Assembly (NCBI RefSeq): GCF_000011005.1
Contig: NC_013665.1
Span: 1,265,437-1,289,436, forward strand
Reading direction: 5' to 3'
Length of the DNA: 24,000 bases
Source of the DNA: Methanocella paludicola SANAE
Lineage (GTDB): Archaea > Halobacteriota > Methanocellia > Methanocellales > Methanocellaceae
Positions 15,580-22,440 of this stretch are shown piece by piece (the stretch's first letter is position 1; each line of letters starts with the position of its first letter). The notes under the pieces are model-generated. The model searched no databases, had not been told where the DNA came from, and worked only from the letters and a program-made list of their open reading frames with translations. The position numbers were made by a program, and so were the translations under genes.

Positions 15580-16275
15580 ATGGCTTTCCGGATGCTCGAC
15601 CTGAGGATAGGAGTGCTGGCAGTCTGGCTGATAGCGCTCGCTGGCGCCACAGTTACTATCGGCCCCGGGACGCTTATGCAGGATTATACGAAAGTGACCC
15701 CCGAGGGCATTCGTCAGATCATCGAGTCCTATGGTATCTTCTCCGTCGTGGCCTATGAATTCCTTCACGCGATACGGCCCTTCACATTTCTGCCTGTAAC
15801 GCCATTCACCATCGCGGGCGGCTATATTTTCGGGCAGCTCTACGGCCTGGCCTTCGCCATGCTCGGCACCACGCTGGCCGCGACCATCACGTTCTTTTTG
15901 TCCCGCTATATTTTCCGGGACTACATAAAAAAGCGCCTGAGCACGCATTATGCCGGCTTCGACAGCCGTTTTGATAACGGCGGCATCTTTACCGTGGCAT
16001 CCTTGAGGGTCGTCCCTATCGTACCGTTCGACGCCGTCGGATACGTGGCCGGTGTTTCCAGCATTCGCTTCAAGGACTACGTCATCGGCACCCTGATCGG
16101 CGAGTTCCCGGGCGCGCTGATACTGACCATGCTGGGCAATAATTTGAGGAATATCGACTCCATCTGGTTCGCCGTGAGCCTTGTGCTGGCCGCCCTGCTC
16201 TTTATACTCCCCGAAGCCTACCGGCGCCTTAATAAAAAGCCCGCGCCGGAAAAGAGCATTAATCCAGATAAGTGA
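15580..16275 (+). CDS. TVP38/TMEM64 (DedA-related) family membrane protein
   Basis: 'IRPFTFLPVTPFTIAGGYIFGQLYGLAFAMLGTTLAATITFFLSRY' and 'VPIVPFDAVGYVAGVS' are characteristic of the TVP38/TMEM64 family. The protein has five to six hydrophobic helices. Confidence 0.8.
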   Translation: MAFRMLDLRIGVLAVWLIALAGATVTIGPGTLMQDYTKVTPEGIRQIIESYGIFSVVAYEFLHAIRPFTFLPVTPFTIAGGYIFGQLYGLAFAMLGTTLAATITFFLSRYIFRDYIKKRLSTHYAGFDSRFDNGGIFTVASLRVVPIVPFDAVGYVAGVSSIRFKDYVIGTLIGEFPGALILTMLGNNLRNIDSIWFAVSLVLAALLFILPEAYRRLNKKPAPEKSINPDK

Positions 16276-16321
16276 ATTTAAATCCTACTTCAGCCAATCC
16301 TATATTATTCCGGTGAATGCG

Positions 16322-17737
16322 ATGGCGCTTCGATTCTACAACACGCTCGCCTCGAAGGTTGAGGATTTTGTCCCCCTTCATGACATGGAAGTTAAGATGT
16401 ACGTCTGCGGGCCTACCGTTTATGATTATTGCCACATGGGCCATGCCCGGGCCTACGTCGTTTTCGATACCATTCGTCGTTACCTTCAGTATAAGGGATA
16501 TAAGGTCACCTATGTGCAGAACTTTACGGACGTCGATGATAAGATATTGAAGCGTGCCGCGGAGCAGAACGTGCCCCCAAAGGAGCTTGCTGAAAAGTTC
16601 ATTAACGCCTACTTTGAGGACATGGACCGGCTGAACATCCTTCGTGCGGACTATTACCCCAGGGTCAGCCAGAATCTCCCGGCCATTATCGATATGATCA
16701 AAGCCCTTGTGGATAAGGGCTATGCCTACGTGTCCGACGGCAGCGTCTACTTTAGCGTTGACAGTATGTCCGAGAAGGTCGGCGCCCTCTCGCACCAGTC
16801 TTATGATGCCCTAAAAGTCGGGGCTCGCGTTGAAGTCGATGAGCGCAAGCGTAACCCGATGGATTTCGCCCTGTGGAAGGCCTCGAAGCCCGGCGAGATC
16901 ATCTCGTGGGAGAGTCCCTGGGGTCCCGGGAGGCCCGGGTGGCACATCGAGTGCTCGGCCATGTCCATGACTACGCTGGGGCCGAATATCGATATCCACG
17001 GCGGCGGCCTGGACCTCGTCTTCCCTCACCACGAGTCGGAGATCATGCAGACCGAGGCGTATACCGGTAAGCCGCCCTTCGCAAAGTACTGGATCCATAA
17101 TGGCTTCTTACTTGTTAATAAGGAGAAGATGTCCAAATCGCTTGGTAACTTTTTCTTAGTAAGGGATGTGCTGAAGAAATTTTCGCCCGACACAGTGCGG
17201 TTCTTTATTTTGAACACCCACTACCAGAGCCCTCTCGATTTCAACGACCAGGCGCTGGAGGACGCCAGCCGGGGCCTGGAGCGCATCAAGAATGCCATTT
17301 CCGGGATTGAGGCGCGCATCAGGAGCCCTCTAGCCGGTGCCGCATCTATACCGGGTGTCCCCGAACGCCTGAGCGAAAGTAAAAAGCGATTCGAGGAGCG
17401 CATGGACGATAACCTCGATACTCGCGAGGCGCTCGCCGAGATCTTCGAGCTGACCCGGGACGTGAACCGGTGGCTCGCCGAGGGCGATATGCCCGCCGAC
17501 CAATGGAAAGAAGTGCTGGACCTTTACGGCATCTACTCGGACGTGCTGGGCATCAAGTGGACCGGGTCTATGGAGGACCTGTTCGCTTCCGAATTATTGC
17601 AGCTTATCGTGGATATCCGGGATGCGGTGAGGAAGAAAAAAGATTACGAGACTTCTGACCTGATCCGGAAGAGGCTCAAAGAGCTTGGTATAACCATTGA
17701 GGACTCGAAAGAGGGAACCAAAATAAAGCGCATATGA
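16322..17737 (+). CDS. cysS: Cysteine--tRNA ligase (class I)
   Basis: 'MALRFYNTL..MYVCGPTVYDYCHMGHARAYVVFDTIRRYL' carries the HIGH-type motif HMGH. It also has 'WESPWGPGRPGWHIECSAM' and a 'KMSKSLGNF' KMSKS motif. The start is ATG 16322; the longer ORF from 16181 overlaps the preceding gene and has no homology-like content. Confidence 0.95.
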   Translation: MALRFYNTLASKVEDFVPLHDMEVKMYVCGPTVYDYCHMGHARAYVVFDTIRRYLQYKGYKVTYVQNFTDVDDKILKRAAEQNVPPKELAEKFINAYFEDMDRLNILRADYYPRVSQNLPAIIDMIKALVDKGYAYVSDGSVYFSVDSMSEKVGALSHQSYDALKVGARVEVDERKRNPMDFALWKASKPGEIISWESPWGPGRPGWHIECSAMSMTTLGPNIDIHGGGLDLVFPHHESEIMQTEAYTGKPPFAKYWIHNGFLLVNKEKMSKSLGNFFLVRDVLKKFSPDTVRFFILNTHYQSPLDFNDQALEDASRGLERIKNAISGIEARIRSPLAGAASIPGVPERLSESKKRFEERMDDNLDTREALAEIFELTRDVNRWLAEGDMPADQWKEVLDLYGIYSDVLGIKWTGSMEDLFASELLQLIVDIRDAVRKKKDYETSDLIRKRLKELGITIEDSKEGTKIKRI

Positions 17738-17865
17738 AGTTATTTTTCATTTTATACAATTTTTTTGAATTACCTTAAAAGTTTACCCTGTTATATAAAA
17801 ATCTTGTTATAGTATCAAATAGTTCCATATTTCGGTATATTACCAGAAGTGCTTTTCGCAAATCA

Positions 17866-18363
17866 GTTTGGTCGGTATCACGAACCTCTCCAAAGGAAAT
17901 AAACCACTAATTTTTCTTTTTAGATTTTTCTCACGAAGCCTCTAAGCCTCGAACTCACCGTCAATGCCCGAACTCTCGAATACTCAGGGCAGTGCTCTAA
18001 GTCTCTAACGCGCTAACCCGAAAAGAAGTCTCTAAGTCTCTAAATCACGTTTGAAACGCTAAACGGTGGAGCACGAACACTCTAAGAGCCCGGTCGTTCC
18101 CCAGCATTTTGGGTGTTCGGGCCGTTGGCGATTTAGCCGAGCCTTAGAGAGTTAGTGCTATTTCGTTTAGCGTTTCGAACGTGTATTCGAGTTTTCGAGC
18201 CTTCTTTTCGGGTTTGAGGCTTCGGGCGTTCGTGCAATGCCCGGAGTATTAGGGAGTTCGTGCGTTGACGGTGAGTTCGAGGCTTAGAGGCTTAGTGAGA
18301 AAAATCTAAAAAGAAAAATTAGTGGTTTAATTCCTTTGGAGAGATTCGTGATACCGACCGAAC
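17866..18363. mobile_element. 498-bp foldback (whole-length inverted-repeat) element with a 6-bp flanking direct repeat, MITE-like
   Basis: The outer arm 17866-17967 matches the reverse complement of 18262-18363 at 97 of 102 positions with no gaps. The inner arms stay alignable with indels, for example cccgaaaagaag and cacgtt(t/c)gaaacgctaaacg on both sides, down to a roughly 45-nt centre near 18115. AAATCA abuts both ends exactly (17860-17865 and 18364-18369). No ORF of 60 aa or more lies inside. Confidence 0.6.
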
Positions 18364-18460
18364 AAATCAACGACATGTAATCAATATGACCTACAATCTA
18401 TTTGACCTCATATTAAGAACCCATAGGATACTTTAATAAATCCATAAAAAGGTTTAATAT

Positions 18461-18835
18461 TTATAAGTAACCGAACGGGTTCAGCACGCCCGTCGTCATA
18501 CGCACATGAACGTGAGCATCCATGCTGCCGGTATTGGTGATCGTATACCGTACCCCGAGCGGAGTACCCAGCACGGCCGAACCGCTCGTGATATCGTGCC
18601 CCTGTCCAGAGCCCCCAATACCCTCATGTGCCTCATCCACCGGAATATCCGAAGTGAACTTCAGTGTGACCATGCCGGGAGGCATATTATACGTTTTACT
18701 ACTACCAGGAGAAAGCGTGATGCTCTCATCGACAAGGGTCTTCTCGGCGATGACCTGGGAAAAGGTCATGCATAATAGAACAATAAGGATGATCGCAAGG
18801 ACTGCATAGACTATATAGTTAGTCGATTTGGCCAT
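18461..18835 (-). CDS. Small membrane-anchored protein with a ~90-aa beta-rich extracytoplasmic domain (hypothetical)
   Basis: Starting at the internal ATG 18835 gives 'MAKSTNYIVYAVLAIILIVLLCMTF' as an N-terminal anchor, followed by a soluble domain ('SITLSPGSSKTYNMPPGMVTLKFTS..VRYTITNTGSMDAHVHVRM'). No family was recognised. Confidence 0.55.
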   Translation of the reverse strand: MAKSTNYIVYAVLAIILIVLLCMTFSQVIAEKTLVDESITLSPGSSKTYNMPPGMVTLKFTSDIPVDEAHEGIGGSGQGHDITSGSAVLGTPLGVRYTITNTGSMDAHVHVRMTTGVLNPFGYL

Positions 18836-18930
18836 GAGCGAAAGAACGATCTTAAATATTATAAATCTAGCTCCCGGGCCAGCGCTCAAGACAATAACGG
18901 TTTTATACTCTATACGCTAACAAATAAAGG

Positions 18931-20103
18931 ATGGCCCAACAGAGGCGTATGACACGCCAGGTCCAGATAGGCCTCTCCCATAGCGAAAAGGCCAGAAAGC
19001 TCTCCTCAAGCGGCTTTTACGAGGAGGCTTTGAAGGAGCTGAACATAGCCCTGCGCGCGTTCGAAGCGGAGAACAAGAACGGCCTCTGGGACGACGCCGT
19101 CGCCGGCGTGCTCAACAACGCCGGATATGTCTATCTATTTACAGGAAACTACCAGGGCGCCGAGGATACGTTCCGCTCGGCCCTGGAGATCAAGGAGCGC
19201 CTTAACGATAAAAGGTCTCTCGCCGCCACTCTTGCCGGCATCGCGGACGCCTGCAGGGGCCAGTGCCGGTTCGACGATGCGGCCTCGAGGCTCCAGGATG
19301 CGCTGGACATCGCCGTTTCCATAAAAGATGATGCCATGGGCAGGGCGCTCATGGCCAGCATGGATGCCCTGGAGCGCACGCGGTGCGACATGCCCGACGC
19401 TAACTTCAAAAAGGTCGACTTCGACGAGCTTTATGCGCCCGCGGCCGGTACGGACCTGTCCGCCCGCCTTGCACACCTGAGTATCAAGGCCAAAGACCCG
19501 GGCGAGATAATAATAGCGGCGGACATAGGCTTCCCATACCTGATGCACGATATGGGCGGGAGCCACCCCTATCCGGCGATGGCATTCTTATTCCCGAAAG
19601 ACACGGAAAGCGTACTCATAGATCAGGGCGTCACCGATGAAGAGGAACACCCGGTCGCTTCGACGGCCAGGAAGTTCAGCGGCATCCTGTACGGGCCCGG
19701 CTCCTATTGCAGGGCCGGACCGCAGCCCATGCCCGTATGCAAGCAATACCGGTACACGTTCGGAGAAGGGCACCTGCTGAGCTGGCACATCGGCGCCAAC
19801 GGGTGGTATCACGTAGAAGCGACATTGAGCTTAAACTATGAGGCCGGGCTCAGGCTGTGCATCGCCATGCCATTCGGCAGCGTAAAATTACGGTCATCAT
19901 CAATATCCATCGACAGGCCGTCTGACTGGAGTGCAATATCGCTCGTTGGCGGGAACTTCATGGAAGGCCGGAGACTTGAGACGGCAAGACTGCCATACGA
20001 TCTGCACCGGGCTATATATCAAGGGCCCGCAAAGGCCCGGATCAAGTCAGAGGCGGGGACGACAATGAGATATGGCGTGCTAAGCCTCGAAATGATAAAA
20101 TAA
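18931..20103 (+). CDS. TPR-repeat protein with an unassigned ~230-aa C-terminal domain
   Basis: The N-terminal ~150 aa show TPR-like helical repeats ('YEEALKELNIALRAFE', 'NNAGYVYLFTGNYQGAEDTFRSALEI', 'LAGIADACRGQCRFDDAASRLQDALDIA'). I cannot place the C-terminal part ('FPYLMHDMGGSHPYPAMAFLFPKD..WHIGANGWYHVEATLSLNYE') in any family. Confidence 0.65.
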   Translation: MAQQRRMTRQVQIGLSHSEKARKLSSSGFYEEALKELNIALRAFEAENKNGLWDDAVAGVLNNAGYVYLFTGNYQGAEDTFRSALEIKERLNDKRSLAATLAGIADACRGQCRFDDAASRLQDALDIAVSIKDDAMGRALMASMDALERTRCDMPDANFKKVDFDELYAPAAGTDLSARLAHLSIKAKDPGEIIIAADIGFPYLMHDMGGSHPYPAMAFLFPKDTESVLIDQGVTDEEEHPVASTARKFSGILYGPGSYCRAGPQPMPVCKQYRYTFGEGHLLSWHIGANGWYHVEATLSLNYEAGLRLCIAMPFGSVKLRSSSISIDRPSDWSAISLVGGNFMEGRRLETARLPYDLHRAIYQGPAKARIKSEAGTTMRYGVLSLEMIK

Positions 20104-20205
20104 GGATGCAGTACGCGTTTTTTATCGGCAGGACACAATAAATCCGTATTTTGCGTACCTATTATAAAATATGCTACAGGCCTTTATGGAAATAGACGGG
20201 ATATC

Positions 20206-20526
20206 ATGCCTGAAGACAAGGACCGCAAAGCTAAAAAGAAGGTCATGCCCGACATCACGCCCCCCCGGGAAGAGCTCGGGACGTCTGATGAGGTAGTGAT
20301 GAGCGGGCGCGTCTACTATGCGGAGGATAAGTCGATGTGGGCCCATGGATATGGCAGGCAGTACCTGGCCTCCCCCGAAGATAAGGTGGACCTACAGCAC
20401 GGCACGGTCACCTGGATCGACGCCGCCACGTCCGATAAGAACGTGAACGAGGAGCTCGACCGGAAGCTGGACGCGATATTGCGGGAGCGGCAGCATAAGA
20501 GGAAGCCTCCCGAATATGACCTTTAG
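20206..20526 (+). CDS. Hypothetical 106-aa protein with a Lys-rich N-terminus
   Basis: The ORF is preceded by a TATA-like ttataaaa (20162-20169) about 37 nt upstream. It is the first of three tightly spaced same-strand ORFs. No family was recognised. Confidence 0.5.
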   Translation: MPEDKDRKAKKKVMPDITPPREELGTSDEVVMSGRVYYAEDKSMWAHGYGRQYLASPEDKVDLQHGTVTWIDAATSDKNVNEELDRKLDAILRERQHKRKPPEYDL

Positions 20527-20537
20527 CAGGTGTCTTA

Positions 20538-20681
20538 ATGACGGAGAAAAAGAAGAAAGAGGATGAGAAGAAGAGGAAGAAGAAAAAGCTTCCCGAAAAG
20601 GGCGAGGGCAAGGTCTACAACGTCGAGCCTGTGGAAGAGCCGGTCAAAGGGCCGACGGGTAAGGACATATATCGGGTTTGA
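20538..20681 (+). CDS. 47-aa Lys/Glu-rich small ORF with a conserved C-terminal motif
   Basis: The ORF reads 'MTEKKKKEDEKKRKKKKLPEKGEGKVYNVEPVEEPVKGPTGKDIYRV'. An AGGTG box (20528-20532) lies 5 nt before the ATG, and the ORF starts 11 nt after the previous stop. Its C-terminal 15 residues share 9 identities with the next ORF. Confidence 0.45.
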   Translation: MTEKKKKEDEKKRKKKKLPEKGEGKVYNVEPVEEPVKGPTGKDIYRV

Positions 20682-20692
20682 GGTGATATCTT

Positions 20693-20848
20693 TTGGCAGA
20701 ACGGGAACACAGCCGGGGTCATGAGGGCTCGAAGGCGCGCCGGGAAGAGCTGGCCATGCGGAAGCGGAAGAGCCCGCTCCAGAGCGGTAACCAGCAGGAA
20801 GAGGAGCCGGTGCAGGGGCCGGAAGGGCAGAAGACCTTCCGCGTATAG
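20693..20848 (+). CDS. 51-aa small ORF (TTG start), paralog of 20538..20681 at the C-terminus
   Basis: The ORF reads '(M)AEREHSRGHEGSKARREELAMRKRKSPLQSGNQQEEEPVQGPEGQKTFRV'. A GAGGTGAT box (20680-20687) lies 5 nt before TTG 20693, and the ORF starts 11 nt after the previous stop. It shares the ending 'EEPV-x-GP-x-G-x3-[YF]-RV*'. Confidence 0.4.
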   Translation: MAEREHSRGHEGSKARREELAMRKRKSPLQSGNQQEEEPVQGPEGQKTFRV

Positions 20849-20938
20849 CTCAAATATATTTTTGCACAAGGTTTATGGGTTTTCATCGCCCTACACAGAT
20901 TTAATTTTACGACATCATATTTGATGGACGTTTATGTG

Positions 20939-21760
20939 ATGGAGGCATCGTGCTTGAGGATCACCGCATATACCGTGGATGACGTCCCCATGATCCAGAA
21001 AGGGGATGACCTGGCGGCCGTCGTGGCCGAAAGGACGAAACTGGAGGATGACGATGTGGTCGTATTCGCCTCGACCATCGTGTCAAAGGCCGAGGGGCGC
21101 CGGTATCTTCTGAACAATATTACTCCGACGGCGAGGGCCGAAGAGCTTGCCGCCCTGAACGCCGAGGACCCGCACTTCATCCAGTATGTGCTCGATAATA
21201 GCACGAAGGTGCTTTGGAAGCACCCTCTGCTGGTTGAGACGGTACTTGGTAATGTGTGTATTAACGCCGGCATCGATCGCTCTAATACTGAGACCGGCTA
21301 TATCCTGCTTTTACCTGCTGACCCGAACGCGTCCGCCCGCAAAATCCGGGACCGCATCCTGGAGCTTACTGGCAAGAGGGTCGCCGTCATCATCACTGAC
21401 ATGAACGGCCGCTCTTTTAGAGAGGGTCAGATCGGGGTCGCCGTGGGCTGCGCCGGCATCGCCGCCATACACGACAAGCGGGGTGACGTGGACCTGTTCG
21501 GCCACGAGCTCAAGATCACTATCCAGGGCATCGTGGACGAGGTCGCCGCCTGTGCTAACATGATCATGGGCGAGTCGAACGAGGGCACTCCCATCGCCGT
21601 CATCCGGGGCTACGCGTACCTGAAGGATGACCTGGGCATCTCCGTCACGTACCGTAAGGATCGTGAGGATTTCGTTAAACAGGCGCTGCTGGATAAGCTG
21701 GCGCAAATGGAGAAGGCGCCCGCTACTAAGGCCAAAGTGAAAAAAGCTAAGGCCTACTGA
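20939..21760 (+). CDS. cofE: Coenzyme F420-0:L-glutamate ligase (F420 gamma-glutamyl ligase)
   Basis: 'VPMIQKGDDLAAVV', 'VVVFASTIVSKAEGR', 'GNVCINAGIDRSN' and 'ELTGKRVAVIITDMNGRSFREGQIGVAVGCAGI' are colinear with the archaeal CofE sequences I recall. The ORF opens at TTG 20921 / ATG 24, but ATG 20939 ('MEASCLRITAY') fits family N-termini best. It has an extra Lys-rich C-terminal tail. Confidence 0.9.
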   Translation: MEASCLRITAYTVDDVPMIQKGDDLAAVVAERTKLEDDDVVVFASTIVSKAEGRRYLLNNITPTARAEELAALNAEDPHFIQYVLDNSTKVLWKHPLLVETVLGNVCINAGIDRSNTETGYILLLPADPNASARKIRDRILELTGKRVAVIITDMNGRSFREGQIGVAVGCAGIAAIHDKRGDVDLFGHELKITIQGIVDEVAACANMIMGESNEGTPIAVIRGYAYLKDDLGISVTYRKDREDFVKQALLDKLAQMEKAPATKAKVKKAKAY

Positions 21761-21798
21761 TTTTTTCTTTCTCGAGTTATTTCGGATTGACATTTTTA

Positions 21799-22135
21799 TT
21801 TCCATTCTCGTTATGCCGCCGTTGAGTGTCCTTAACCACAGGGGCAGAGAGAGCGCAGAGTTCACAGAGTTTTCTTATAGATGGAGGCTCAGAGGGCACA
21901 GGGGACGGGTTTATAACATTCCTGGGGCACGGAGTTGTTAGGGGCACTGGCGAGGATAAACCTGCTAAATTGTTTATTGGTCAACCGTGCCTCGATTAAC
22001 TCTGTGCCCCAGGAAAACCAATAAACCGGGCTCCGTGTACTTCGTGACTCAAATTATAAAAGAAAAACTTTGTGAACTCCCGTGCGCTCTGCGCCCCTGT
22101 GGTTAAGGACACTCAACGACAGCATAACGTGGAAA
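21799..22135. repeat. ~337-bp foldback inverted repeat (second palindromic intergenic element)
   Basis: 21809-21845 matches the reverse complement of 22093-22129 at 35 of 37 positions. The arms remain alignable inward with indels, for example ttcaca(g/a)agtttt, ggtttat and cctggggcac(g/a)gagtt. The centre is ataaac (21956-21961) / gtttat (21972-21977) around a 10-nt loop. Confidence 0.7.
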
Positions 22136-22207
22136 GGCTAGAATTTTTATCAGCTAAAGCAATTGATCGCCTCGAAACGTACATGAACCTTTTACACGAG
22201 TGAGTGT

Positions 22208-22375
22208 TTACCAGAAGGCACAACTCATGGGCCCGAAAGGACCGTAGAGCCCCCAGAGTCCTCCAAAGCCACAGCTTCCGATGATCGGCGGCCAGAGAAG
22301 CGCGCATGCCGGCTCGATCAATGCCAGTACAGCTATTGCTACAAGGCTAAATACGAACAGTCTTTTCAAATCCAT
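22208..22375 (-). CDS. 55-aa ORF: signal-peptide-like N-terminus plus a Gly/Trp/Pro/Cys-rich hydrophobic tail
   Basis: The ORF reads 'MDLKRLFVFSLVAIAVLALIEPACALLWPPIIGSCGFGGLWGLYGPFGPMSCAFW' and falls below the track cutoff. A purine-rich box, AGGGGGAT, lies 3 nt before the ATG (minus-strand reading 'tagggggatcatATG'). It overlaps a listed 64-aa ORF in another frame, which has no such features. Confidence 0.4.
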   Translation of the reverse strand: MDLKRLFVFSLVAIAVLALIEPACALLWPPIIGSCGFGGLWGLYGPFGPMSCAFW

Positions 22376-22440
22376 ATGATCCCCCTATGATTGCACTTAC
22401 ACCTTTTACCGATAAAAAATAAATTCGCTCATTTAGCGGC

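Noticed and set aside
16181-16321. A 47-codon N-terminal extension of the cysS ORF, overlapping the end of the TVP38 gene.
   Set aside because: Class I CysRS homology starts at 'MALRFYNT' (ATG 16322). The extension overlaps the preceding CDS in another frame, and a TATA-like tatattat lies within it.
17881-17905. The arms of the 498-bp foldback contain 'cTCCAAAGGAAAt', in inverted orientation on the two sides. This loosely resembles the TCCA-nn-GGAAA core of archaeal origin-recognition boxes, so I considered a replication origin.
   Set aside because: The match has only one box per arm and two core mismatches. No orc1/cdc6 gene is adjacent, and the region between the boxes is not an AT-rich unwinding element but is itself palindromic. 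The exact flanking 6-bp duplication is better explained by insertion of a foldback element.
17940-18300. Reiterated 'ctctaag' / 'cttagag' words might indicate a CRISPR array or a tandem repeat array.
   Set aside because: The words are 7 nt long, irregularly spaced and in opposite orientation on the two halves, which is a mirror-image consequence of the palindrome. There are no 25-40-nt direct repeats with unique spacers and no cas genes.
20408-20924. Listed ORFs 20408..20611 (-), 20615..20869 (-) and 20721..20924 (+, Arg-rich).
   Set aside because: They are low-complexity mirror or alternate-frame readings of the purine-rich plus-strand small ORFs. They have no SD boxes. The plus-strand frames I report have SD boxes, regular 11-nt spacing and a shared C-terminal motif.
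22113-22307. Listed 64-aa minus-strand ORF.
   Set aside because: Its 3' end runs into the right arm of the foldback repeat, and it overlaps, in another frame, the better-supported 55-aa ORF. It has no SD and an Arg/Leu/Ser-rich composition typical of off-frame reading.
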